Positions 1 through 9,700 of a stretch of DNA of 64,000 nt are shown here, piece after piece. Source of the stretch: an uncultured bacterium. GTDB taxonomy: Bacteria; Patescibacteriota; Minisyncoccia; Phycocordibacterales; UBA6065. A model generated the notes under the pieces. It saw only the letters and a program-made list of their open reading frames with translations, made no database searches and was not told the origin of the DNA. Position 1 is the stretch's first letter. Each line of letters opens with the position of its first letter. The position numbers and the translations under genes were made by a program. The stretch spans positions 14,975 to 78,974 of the forward strand of contig CAWJEP010000004.1 in NCBI GenBank assembly GCA_963841935.1, in the 5' to 3' direction.

Positions 1-114
1 CACAGGTGAAGACTATCGCGGAGAAAAAATTGCCAGACCTTTCCGCAGGATCGCTCGAAGCGGCAATGAGAACGATAGAAGGCACGGCAAGAAATATGGG
101 AGTGGAGGTGAAGT
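1..114 (+). CDS. rplK: ribosomal protein L11, C-terminal fragment (gene starts upstream of the window)
   Basis: Frame 3 reads ...[32 protein letters not shown]-stop. This matches the conserved L11 C-terminus (PDL.A..LE.AM..I.GTARSMG.V). Stop TAA at 112-114. Confidence 0.6.
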
Positions 115-196
115 AAAAAACGCAGACAAAGTATTTTTTCGCTTGTGCGCTTCGCTCCGACTTACGCGCTCAAAAATACTTTGTCTGCGTTTTTTT
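115..196 (+). terminator. intrinsic terminator hairpin containing a conserved 49-nt palindromic core (copy A)
   Basis: Left arm aaaaaacgcagacaaagtatttttt, 32-nt loop cgcttgtgcgcttcgctccgacttacgcgctc, right arm aaaaatactttgtctgcgttttttt. The arms are perfectly complementary and end in a T-run, directly after the rplK stop. Confidence 0.6.
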
Positions 197-197
197 C

Positions 198-225
198 TTG
201 CAAAAAAATTTTCGGTAAGTAGTAT
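198..225 (+). promoter_or_regulatory. sigma70-like promoter, TTGCAA-N16-TAGTAT
   Basis: TTGCAA at 198-203, 16-nt spacer, TAGTAT at 220-225, about 35 nt upstream of the 259 start. The same -10 hexamer TAGTAT recurs at three other predicted promoters in the window. Confidence 0.4.
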
Positions 226-258
226 GAATCTCAAACACCAAAATGCAAGGAGTACCTT

Positions 259-834
259 ATGAAAATCAGTCTGTATTTCGCTCAATCTCTGACAAAGGCG
301 CCTCCGCGGCTCATCGCGTCAATCGAGCGTTTCCGTCAGCGCGTAAAGAAAAGACATCCCGAGTGGGAGCTCTTGGAATTTTTCGGGCTCGGGCCGAGCC
401 CGAACGACGGCAAGATCGCCAAGTTCGACATCATCAGGCTTCTGCGGGCCAGGCTCGTAGTGGCGTTCATCGAAGGCGAATCGGCTGGGAGGGATATCGA
501 AATCGGCATACGACTCGCACTCGGATTGCCGATCTTGATTGTCGCCCACAAGAATTGGGTCAGGTCTAGGATGGTCACCGGGCCGGCGGAGCTTTGGCCG
601 AAGTTCGTGAAGTTTCGCCGGTATCGGCGGATAAACGAAGTCGAGGGCATGATAGTCGCGGCCATTAAGCGCTTCGGGTTCAAGGACTTTTATGCGCCGT
701 CGGTCTATGTCGCTCCGCATTTGCAGGAGCTGTACAAAAAGGCCGTCAGGAAATGTCTTGTGGGCCCGGGACCGGGAAGGATTGGATATATTACTGACCC
801 GGATACAAAGGAGCTCAAGTTGGTCTTTGGCTAA
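259..834 (+). CDS. hypothetical protein; weak resemblance to the nucleoside 2-deoxyribosyltransferase-like fold
   Basis: 191-aa ORF with higher GC than its neighbours. The motif VAFIEGESAGRDIEIGIRLALGLPILIVAHKN resembles the E.G...G.P catalytic-Glu region of the NDT-like family. It lies next to nucleotide-metabolism genes. The functional call is weak. Confidence 0.45.
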   Translation: MKISLYFAQSLTKAPPRLIASIERFRQRVKKRHPEWELLEFFGLGPSPNDGKIAKFDIIRLLRARLVVAFIEGESAGRDIEIGIRLALGLPILIVAHKNWVRSRMVTGPAELWPKFVKFRRYRRINEVEGMIVAAIKRFGFKDFYAPSVYVAPHLQELYKKAVRKCLVGPGPGRIGYITDPDTKELKLVFG

Positions 835-837
835 GTC

Positions 838-870
838 AGCCTCGCGAAACGCGAGGCTTTTTATTTTCTG
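838..870 (+). terminator. rho-independent terminator
   Basis: agcctcgcgaaacgcgaggct hairpin followed by TTTTTATTTT. Confidence 0.6.
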
Positions 871-891
871 AAATCGGAATATACTTTTCTC

Positions 892-1389
892 ATGGAAAAA
901 ACTACAAAACATGTGCGACCAAGCTGGGATGAATATTTCATAAAAATTTGCCGCGTTGTTGGCGAGCGGGCGACGTGCGATAGAGGTTCAGGAGGCTGCG
1001 TGATTGTTAAAGACAAAAGAATTCTTACGACGGGTTATGTCGGAGCGCCTGCCGGAGTCGCTCATTGCGATGAGGTGGGCCACGAACTTCACACGGTGAT
1101 AGACGATGACGGCACGCAATCAAAACATTGCATCAGAACATCGCACGGCGAACAAAACGCCATCGCGAACGCCGCGAGAAAAGGCGTGGCCATCGAAGGC
1201 GCGACGCTTTATTATTTCATTACGCCCTGCTATATCTGCGCCAAGATGATTATCAACTCCGGAATAAAACGAGTCGTGGTGGAAAAGGATTATCATTCTT
1301 CGAAAAGAAGCAAAGAAGTATTCAAAGAAGCCGGTGTCGAATTCGTCCTTCTCAATCCAGAAGTGGAAACTTACGCGGATATGAAATAG
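892..1389 (+). CDS. dCMP deaminase (cytidine/deoxycytidylate deaminase family)
   Basis: HGEQNAI (zinc-binding H.E) and PCYICAKMIINSGIKRVV (PC..C) motifs; 165 aa. Confidence 0.8.
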   Translation: MEKTTKHVRPSWDEYFIKICRVVGERATCDRGSGGCVIVKDKRILTTGYVGAPAGVAHCDEVGHELHTVIDDDGTQSKHCIRTSHGEQNAIANAARKGVAIEGATLYYFITPCYICAKMIINSGIKRVVVEKDYHSSKRSKEVFKEAGVEFVLLNPEVETYADMK

Positions 1390-1390
1390 C

Positions 1391-2699
1391 TCACTCTTTC
1401 TTCACAATGTCGTGGAGACCGCGTTTGATGTTCCAAATGCCCGCCGAGGTGTCGTGGTGCATTGCGATGCCCGGAACGCTTTCTTTGATGGCGTCGCCCA
1501 TTCTTTGAGCTTCACGGCGTAGTGTCGGATGGACAGCGTCTCCGGAGCGCAGCTCGGCGATATAGACGGCGGAGGGAAGTGGACAGGTGATTTTGACCGT
1601 CACGGTGTATCCCATTGCCACGTAATATTGTTTTATTTCTTTTGAAGTTTTCAGTTTGGCAATTCTTTTTTCTTGTTCTGCCAAAAGTTTCGCCGCTTCT
1701 TTTTTTAATTCCGGCGTGAGCTGTTCGAGATACCACGGATAAAATCCGTGGGCCGTTGAAAGCAGAGGCATTTCTTGCACGGCGCTTCGATGACGTTGCA
1801 AGTCCCTATATGAACCGAAATCCAAAGAGAACCTGAAAACAATATCACCGTATTCACGCAATCTCTGGTGAAGTTCGGTCTTTGCCGGCCTTTCGGCGAG
1901 AAGTTTTTGGTGTTTTTTCAAGCCATCGAGGTCGAGACGGACTTCATACGAGAAATTTTTTATTGTCGCATCGTCAAAATAGGCGAACTCCGCCATTGTT
2001 TTTTCCAAATAATCATCCTCTGCCGGATATTCAGGATAGCCAAAGCTCGACGGGTATTTTGTTTTCAGTCCTGAAAGTATGTTGTTTGCAACTTCCCGCA
2101 CTTCGGAGAGTGGATGATGACGCATTTCCTTCATGTGGTCGTAAGCTTGGCGGAGGTTCGTGTGCCAAGCGACGTATGTCGTCGCGCCGGCCGGAAGAAA
2201 TCCTCGCGCGATGTCGAAAGCGCGGGCCTTTATGGCTTTTTCGTATATCGTTTCTTTTTCTCCTTCTTTTATCGGGAAGCGAACCTTGAGTGACGGCACA
2301 AGTTTTTCCAAAGCGTGGCTGTAAAATTTCATCCATTCGTCCTGAATCTCTTTGCTTTCCTTTCGTCTCAAGCGGATCGACGACCGGCTGATTCGCCATG
2401 TCCAGATAGCGCGTCGAAGCCTCTTGGCCGCTGTATAGTGGCCAGTCCTGAATGGCTTTGGCTACGAGCATCGAAACGTTTTCCGCGCATATGGTCGTCG
2501 TGCCGCAGTCGCCGATGGATTTGTGTCCGTAACCGACGTAGTAGCTCGCCATAAATTTCTCCGGTCCGACTTTCGCCACTTCTTCGAGATGGATTTTCGC
2601 GCTCCGCGGACTTCTTGAATATTTCGCCTGAATCATCGCCACCGCTTCGGGAGCGATGCCGTCAATTATTATTATTTCTCTCTGTTTTTTTTCTTCCAT
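1391..2699 (-). CDS. thyX: flavin-dependent thymidylate synthase ThyX, tandem-duplicated (two ThyX-like halves); reading frame interrupted by one frameshift near 2335-2395
   Basis: Two overlapping minus-strand ORFs (2031..2699 and 1391..2371) in different frames. The N-terminal half carries GHKS...VAKAIQDWPLYSGQEASTRY. The C-terminal half carries VFRFSLDFGSYRDLQRHRS and ARGFLPAGATTYVAWHTNLRQ, all ThyX-like. Confidence 0.6.
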
Positions 2700-2733
2700 A
2701 GCGTTAAAATATTATTGAGCTATTATAGAACAA

Positions 2734-3906
2734 ATGAAAGACAAAGAGATAGAGAAACTCATAAAGGCGGAAGACAAGCGACAGAAAAGCGTGGTGAATC
2801 TCATCGCCTCGGAAAATTATGTTTCCGACGATGTTTTAGCCGCGCTCGGCTCCGTACTGACGAATAAATACGCCGAAGGTTATCCGGCGGCAAGGTATTA
2901 CGGAGGAAATGAAATCACGGACAAAGTAGAAGTCTTGGCGAAGAAGCGCGCGCTTGCGGCATTTGGACTTTCCGAAAACGAATGGAGCGTAAATGTTCAG
3001 CCACTTTCGGGTTCGCCTGCAAACCTAGCGGTTTATCTCGCTCTTGTTCCTCCGCACGAAAAAGTAATGGGAATGTCTCTCGACCAAGGCGGACATCTGA
3101 CCCACGGACACAAAGTTTCCATTACCGGAAAAGTCTGGACGCAAATCCCGTACGGCGTTTCCAAAGAAACTGAAGTCATCGATTACGAAGAAATAAAAAA
3201 TAAAGCCGTGGCGGAGAAACCGAGAATGATTATCGCCGGATTTACCGCCTATCCGCGCGTCATCGATTGGAAAAAATTCCGCGAAATCGCCGACGCCTGC
3301 GGCGCGTATCTGATGGTCGATATGTCTCACATCGCGGGACTTGTCGCGGGCGGCGCGTATCCGTCGCCGTTTCCTTACGCCGATGTCGTAACGACGACCG
3401 TGCATAAAACTCTTCGCGGTCCGCGCTCGGCTATCATTTTTTCCAAGAAAGACGAGCGCGAACTCGGCAAGAAAATCGACAAGGCTGTTTTCCCGGGACT
3501 TCAGGGCGGGCCGCATTTAAATCAAATCGCCGCTGTCGCGGTAGCGCTCAAGGAAGCCACAGCTCCGGCATTCAAAAAATACGCCAAGCAAATCATTTTA
3601 AACGCCCGAAAGCTCGCAAGCGAGCTTTCGGGCCTCGGCTGGAAGATTATTTCCGGCGGCACGGACTCGCACCTAATTTTGGTCAATGTTTTCGGCACAG
3701 TTGGTTACGGCGGCAAAGAAGCAAGCGACAGGTTGGAAAAGGCCGGCATAATCGTCAACAAAAACGCTATTCCATATGACACTCGACCGCCGGTTGACCC
3801 TTCAGGCATTCGCCTCGGCACCGCGGGTGAGACGACTCGCGGAGCGAAAGAAAAAGATATGGTCGCGCTCGCCGAAAGAATGGATAAAATCCTGCGCGGA
3901 AAATGA
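2734..3906 (+). CDS. glyA: serine hydroxymethyltransferase
   Basis: LIASENYVSDDVLAALGSVLTNKYAEGYPAARYYGG and TTTVHKTLRGPRSAIIF motifs. Confidence 0.9.
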   Translation: MKDKEIEKLIKAEDKRQKSVVNLIASENYVSDDVLAALGSVLTNKYAEGYPAARYYGGNEITDKVEVLAKKRALAAFGLSENEWSVNVQPLSGSPANLAVYLALVPPHEKVMGMSLDQGGHLTHGHKVSITGKVWTQIPYGVSKETEVIDYEEIKNKAVAEKPRMIIAGFTAYPRVIDWKKFREIADACGAYLMVDMSHIAGLVAGGAYPSPFPYADVVTTTVHKTLRGPRSAIIFSKKDERELGKKIDKAVFPGLQGGPHLNQIAAVAVALKEATAPAFKKYAKQIILNARKLASELSGLGWKIISGGTDSHLILVNVFGTVGYGGKEASDRLEKAGIIVNKNAIPYDTRPPVDPSGIRLGTAGETTRGAKEKDMVALAERMDKILRGK

Positions 3907-4532
3907 AAAAAGGAAAATTCATCGTGATTGATGGCGGCGAAGGCTCCGGCAAAAGCACCCAGCTCCAATTTTTAAAAGAAAAATATCCGAAAGCTCTGTT
4001 TACCCGCGAACCTGGAGGCTCGGAATACGGCGAAGAAATCAGAAACCTGATGCTCAAATCACCTTTGGCGAAAGAAGCGAGCGCCGAGACGCAGTTCGGT
4101 CTCATTTGGGCGAACCGTGCCGATCACATCGCCAGAAAAGTCCGACCCGCTCTCGATAATGGCGTAAATGTGATTTCCGACAGATTCGATTCGTCGACAT
4201 TCGCTTATCAAATATACGGCCAAGAGGGAACGGAACTGAAAGATTTGTTTTTTGAGATAAGAAAAATTTTTATAAAAGAGTGTGTGCCGGATCTTTATGT
4301 CTTTTTCGACATATCGCCGGAGGAAAGCATCAAAAGGACAACGATGCGCGCGAATCTTTTCGGCGAGAGCAACCACTTCGACGAAAGAAAAATAGAATTT
4401 CACCGCCGTGTGCGGGAAGGTTACGCGGAATTCGCCAAGATTTTCCCGAAGAATGTGAGAATCATCGACGCCAGCGGTTCGAAAGAGGAAGTCTGGAAAT
4501 CGTTTCAAAAAATTCTGGACCCGATTCTTTGA
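3903..4532 (+). CDS. tmk: thymidylate kinase
   Basis: P-loop IVIDGGEGSGKSTQ. Start overlaps the glyA stop (ATGA). Confidence 0.85.
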   Translation: MKKGKFIVIDGGEGSGKSTQLQFLKEKYPKALFTREPGGSEYGEEIRNLMLKSPLAKEASAETQFGLIWANRADHIARKVRPALDNGVNVISDRFDSSTFAYQIYGQEGTELKDLFFEIRKIFIKECVPDLYVFFDISPEESIKRTTMRANLFGESNHFDERKIEFHRRVREGYAEFAKIFPKNVRIIDASGSKEEVWKSFQKILDPIL

Positions 4533-4556
4533 TTTTCGGCGTGGTAAAATATTTCA

Positions 4557-4991
4557 ATGAGTAAAACCTTAAAAATCGTAAGAGTTTCCGAAGTCGTGCC
4601 TGTGCCGAAATACAGCCTCAAGGGCGATGCCGGTTTTGACCTTTATGTGGGCGAGCGACTTGTCTTAAATCCTATGAAACGGGCGTCGGTAAACACCGGA
4701 TACAAGTTGGAGATTCCTTACGGCTGCGTCGGTATTATTTACGAAAAAAGCGGACTCTCGCATAAAAACGGCATTATCACTTTTGGCAATGTCATTGACG
4801 CCGGCTATCGCGGCGAAGTGAAGGTCGGTGTAATAAATCTCGGCGAAGAGCCTTATGTTTTCGAGCCGGGACACAAAATCGCCCAAATGATTGTGCACAA
4901 ATTTGAAACTATGAAATTCAAAGAAGTAAAAGACGGAGAGCTTTCTAAATCCGAACGCGGCGACCGCGGGTTCGGCAGCACGGGAAAATAA
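4557..4991 (+). CDS. dut: dUTP diphosphatase (dUTPase)
   Basis: GDAGFDL, GIIDAGYRGEV-like and C-terminal RGDRGFGSTG motifs. Confidence 0.85.
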   Translation: MSKTLKIVRVSEVVPVPKYSLKGDAGFDLYVGERLVLNPMKRASVNTGYKLEIPYGCVGIIYEKSGLSHKNGIITFGNVIDAGYRGEVKVGVINLGEEPYVFEPGHKIAQMIVHKFETMKFKEVKDGELSKSERGDRGFGSTGK

Positions 4992-4995
4992 TTTT

Positions 4996-6714
4996 ATGGA
5001 AATCCAAAAAGAGTTAAAGACGCAAATAGAAAAAGCCCTGAAAAATCTCGGCCTTACCGCGCCGGAAATAATATTGGAATATCCGTCCGACATATCTTTT
5101 GGAGATTTCGCCACGAATGTCGCTATGAGCGCCGCGAAACAAGCGAAGAAAAACCCGCGCGAATTTGCGGAGCAAATTCGCGCCCAGCTTATCGAAAACA
5201 AACCGAAGTTTTTGGAGAAAATAGAAGTTGCCGGTCCTGGTTTCATAAACTTTTTTCTTTCGCGGCAATTTTTCGCTGATAATTTGGCGGAAGTAGCCAA
5301 ACAAAAAGAAAAATTCGGACAGAACAAACTTTTCAAAGGCGAAAAAGTTCTCGTCGAGTACACCGACCCGAATCCTTTCAAACCTTTTCACATAGGACAC
5401 CTGATGAGCAATGCCATAGGGGAATCGATTGCTTGTCTATATGAAAATTCCGGAGGAAATGTCAAAAGAATGTGTTATCAAGGCGATGTGGGACTTCATG
5501 TGGCTAAAGCCATATACGGAATGCATCAAGCCGGCATGCCGAAGGATATGTCGGCTTCGGCGTCGATTCTTGCTCAATATATCGGCGAATGTTACGCGAA
5601 AGGAAGTGCCGCGTATGAAAAAGAATCCGAAGCGAAAAAATGGATTGACGATGTGAATAAAAAAATTTACGCCAGAAGCGATAAAGAAGTCAGCCAAGTT
5701 TACGATTGGGGAAGAAAAATCACACTCGAAGCCTTCGAAGAAATCTACAAAATTTTGGGTACGAAATTCGATTTTTCTTTTTTCGAGAGTGAGGTCGTAA
5801 AAGAAGGCGAGAAAATCGTCAGTGAATCTTTGAAAAAAGGAATTTTCGAAAAAAGCGACGGAGCGGTGGTATTTCATGCGGAAAAATACGACAAAAAACT
5901 TCACACGAGAGTTTTCATCACCTCGCAAGGACTTCCGACATACGAGACGAAAGAGCTCGGGCTCATAGAAAAGAAATTCAAGAAGATAAATCCGGATATT
6001 TCCATTACCATCACGGCAAACGAACAGGACGAATATTTCAAAGTCGTTTTGAAAGCCATTGAGCTCATTTTTCCGAAAATCAGAAACAAAACGGAACATA
6101 TTTCTCACGGAATGATGCGTTTCGCCGACGGAAAAATGTCTTCACGCACGGGCAATGTAATTTCTGGCGAGTCGCTCATCGCGGATATTGAAGATATGGT
6201 GGAAGAAAAAATAAAAGAAAGAGGTTTTGACGAGGCCACGAGGAAAGACATTGCCCAAAAAGTCGCCGTCGCGGCGATTAAATATTCGATTTTGCGACAG
6301 GGAATATCGAGTGACATCATTTTTGACGCCGACAAGTCCATTTCATTCGAAGGCGACTCCGGTCCGTATCTTCAATACGCCGTCGTACGGGCGAATTCCG
6401 TTTTGGAAAAAGCCAAGAAGGAGGGCCTGAAAGTTTCCGTTAAAAGTCCGGACGAATCGGCGAGTTTGCTCGAGAGGAAACTTTCGAGGTTTCCGGAAAT
6501 CGCGGCGCGCGCCGTGAAGGAGCGCGCGCCGCATCATATCGCCACATATCTGACCGACCTCGCGTCAGAATTCAACTCCTATTACGCTGTGACAAAAATT
6601 ATCGACAAAGAAAATCCGCATTCGTCTTATCGTCTCGCGCTCACAAATGCTTTTGAAATTATTATGAAAAACGGCCTCTCGCTTCTCGGCATCGAAATCC
6701 CCAGCAAAATGTAG
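4996..6714 (+). CDS. argS: arginine--tRNA ligase
   Basis: Class I HIGH motif (PFKPFHIGHLMSNAIGE), ArgS-like length (572 aa) and a DALR-like C-terminus. Confidence 0.9.
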   Translation: MEIQKELKTQIEKALKNLGLTAPEIILEYPSDISFGDFATNVAMSAAKQAKKNPREFAEQIRAQLIENKPKFLEKIEVAGPGFINFFLSRQFFADNLAEVAKQKEKFGQNKLFKGEKVLVEYTDPNPFKPFHIGHLMSNAIGESIACLYENSGGNVKRMCYQGDVGLHVAKAIYGMHQAGMPKDMSASASILAQYIGECYAKGSAAYEKESEAKKWIDDVNKKIYARSDKEVSQVYDWGRKITLEAFEEIYKILGTKFDFSFFESEVVKEGEKIVSESLKKGIFEKSDGAVVFHAEKYDKKLHTRVFITSQGLPTYETKELGLIEKKFKKINPDISITITANEQDEYFKVVLKAIELIFPKIRNKTEHISHGMMRFADGKMSSRTGNVISGESLIADIEDMVEEKIKERGFDEATRKDIAQKVAVAAIKYSILRQGISSDIIFDADKSISFEGDSGPYLQYAVVRANSVLEKAKKEGLKVSVKSPDESASLLERKLSRFPEIAARAVKERAPHHIATYLTDLASEFNSYYAVTKIIDKENPHSSYRLALTNAFEIIMKNGLSLLGIEIPSKM

Positions 6715-6728
6715 TAGAATGGCTCTGT

Positions 6729-9700
6729 ATGGAGCAAAAACCTAGGAATAAGCTTGTGGAAATCGAGGAAGAAATTCTCGCTTTTTGGAACAAGGAGAAA
6801 ATCTTTCAAAAATCCCTCGAAAAAGAATCTCCTATGGGCGAGTTTGTTTTCTACGACGGACCACCATTCGCCACGGGTTCGCCGCACTACGGGCACGCTC
6901 TGGCCGGGACAATCAAAGATGTCGTCTTGCGATACAAGACGATGCGCGGATTTCGCATTCCTCGTCGCTGGGGTTGGGATTGCCACGGATTGCCCGTGGA
7001 AAATCTCGTCGAGAAAGAACTCAATCTCGCCACGAAAAAAGATATTGAAAAATACGGCGTCGAGAAATTCAACGAAGCGGCGAGAGCGAGTGTTTTTCGT
7101 TATGAAAAAGAGTGGAAGAAAATTATTCCGCGCACGGGGAGATGGATGGATATGGAAAATCCTTACAGCACCATGGATTCGTCATACACGGAATCGGTCT
7201 GGTGGGCGTTTAGTAAACTTCACAAAAAAAATCTCATCTATGAAGGATATAAATCGATGCAGATTTGTCCGCGTTGCGAGACGACCTTGTCGAATTTCGA
7301 AGTCGGGCAAGGATACAAAGACGTCACGGATATTTCCGTTTACGCGAAATTCGAACTCATTGACGAGCCGAACACATTTCTCCTCGCTTGGACGACCACG
7401 CCATGGACATTGCCGGGGAATGCGGCTCTAGCGGTCGGCAGGAATATAAATTATTCAAAAGTTTTGTGCGAAAACGCGATATGTATCGTCGCCGAAGAAA
7501 AAGTCGCCGAAGTTTTTGCCGGAAAACAATATGAAACAGCCGGAAAAATTCTCGGGAGCGGGCTTGTCGGAAAAGAATACGAACCGCTGTTTGATTATTA
7601 CGACGATGATTCGATAAAAAATCACGGGAACGCTTTTAAAGTTTACGCCGCGGATTTTGTCACGACCACTGACGGCACGGGAATCGTCCACATCGCTCCG
7701 GCGTTCGGCGAAGACGATATGAATCTGGGCCGTGAATACGATTTGCCTTTTATCCAGCACGTCTCGATGGACGGAACTTTCAAAAAAGAAGTCAGAGATT
7801 TCGCCGGCCTTCATGTAAAGCCGAAAGACGACCCGCAGAAAACGGACATAGAAATCATCAAATGGCTCGCGGCGAAAAACCTGCTTTTCGCCAAGAAAAA
7901 AATCGTCCATCCGTATCCGCATTGCTGGCGTTGCGACACGCCACTTCTCAATTACGCCGCGAGCTCGTGGTTCGTGAAAGTGGCGAGTTTCAAGGATAAA
8001 TTGGTTTCTGAAAACAAAAAAGTCTCGTGGGTACCAAGCGAAATCGGCGAAAACAGGTTTGGCGATTGGCTTTCCGGCGCGCGGGATTGGGCTATTTCGC
8101 GTTCGCGTTTCTGGGGCGCGCCTATTCCAGTCTGGCGTTGCGAAGATTGCGATAGGGCAAAGGTCGTCGGCTCGCTTGAAGACATAAAAAAATATTCAAA
8201 GCCGAGAAACAAATACATTTTGATGCGCCACGGCGAGTCCGAAAGCAATGTTTTGGGCTTGGCAAGCGTAAATGTTCATAACAAAGACAATGTTACCGAG
8301 AAAGGCAGAGGGGAAACGGTATTTTCGGCCAAGAAACTTTCCGGCGAGAAAATAGACCTCGTAGTTTCTTCACCTTTTATTAGGACAAGAGAAACAGCGG
8401 AAATCATGGCGGAAAATATCGGATACCCGAAAGAAAAAATAGAATACGATAATCGTTTGGGAGAATTGAACATCGGAATTTTCGACGGTAAACCTTGGAG
8501 CGAGTATCACGGTTTTGTCGGAACTTATCAAAACAGATTTATCAAAGCACCCGAAGGCGGCGAGACGCTTTTTGAAGTCAGAGAAAGGATGCTTTCGGCG
8601 CTTTACGACATTGATAAAAAAAATACCGGGAAAACTATTCTCATCATGAGTCACGAAGCGCCGCTTTTCGTCCTCGACCAAGCGGTTTTGGGAGTTGACC
8701 CGAAAAAAACCGTAAAGCACGGAGAGTTTTTGAAAAACGCAGAGTTCAAGAAAATAAATTTCGTTCATCTTCCTCACGATAAAAATTTCAAAACGGATTT
8801 TCATCGGCCTTTCATCGACCAGATTTTCCTCTCCTGCGAATGCGGTGGAAAAATGAAACGCGTGCCGGAAGTTTTCGACTGCTGGTTTGAATCCGGCTCG
8901 ATGCCTTACGCCTCGGCGCATTATCCTTTCGAAAAAGAAAATTTTTCTCCGAGAAAATTTTTCAAAAGCAAGCGCTATCCGGCGGATTTTATCGCCGAGG
9001 GACTCGACCAAACTCGCGGATGGTTTTATTCGATGCTCGTCCTCGGCACGGCGCTTTTCGGAAAAACACCCTATAAAAATGTGGTGGTAAACGGCCTTAT
9101 TCTCGCCGAAGACGGCACAAAAATGTCCAAATCAAAAGGCAATTTCTCGCCGCTTATGGATACCATGGACAAATACGGCGCGGACGCTTTGCGGTATTTT
9201 CTGTCCGCGTCGCCCGCCGTCCGCGCCGAAGACGTGTGTTTTTCCGAAAAAAGCGTCGATGAAGTATCGAAAAAGCTTTTGCAAAGACTCGACAACGTTT
9301 TGGCTTTTTACGAACTTTACGCCGACAAGAAATTTGTCGAGAAAACCGAGCCGAAAAATATTTTGGACAAATGGATACTCGCCAGACTCGATGAGACGAT
9401 AAAGAAAGTCACGGAAGCGCTCGAAAAATACGAGCTCGACCGAGGCGCGCGGCCGATTTTGGATTTCGTCGACGATATGTCGAATTGGTATATACGCCGT
9501 AGCCGAGAGAGGTTTAAATCCGACGACGAGGCAGACAAATCGGCCGCGCTAAACACTACGCGACACGTGCTCTGCGAACTTTCAAAGATTATGGCGCCGT
9601 TCACGCCTTTCTACGCCGAATATCTTTTCGGAAAAACGAAATTCGAAGGCGCGAAAGAAAGCGTTCATCTCGAAAATTGGCTGGAAGCGAAAACTTTCGA

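Noticed and set aside
4665-5381. 238-aa minus-strand ORF
   Set aside because: Antisense to dut and argS, Phe/Ser-rich, with no homology features.
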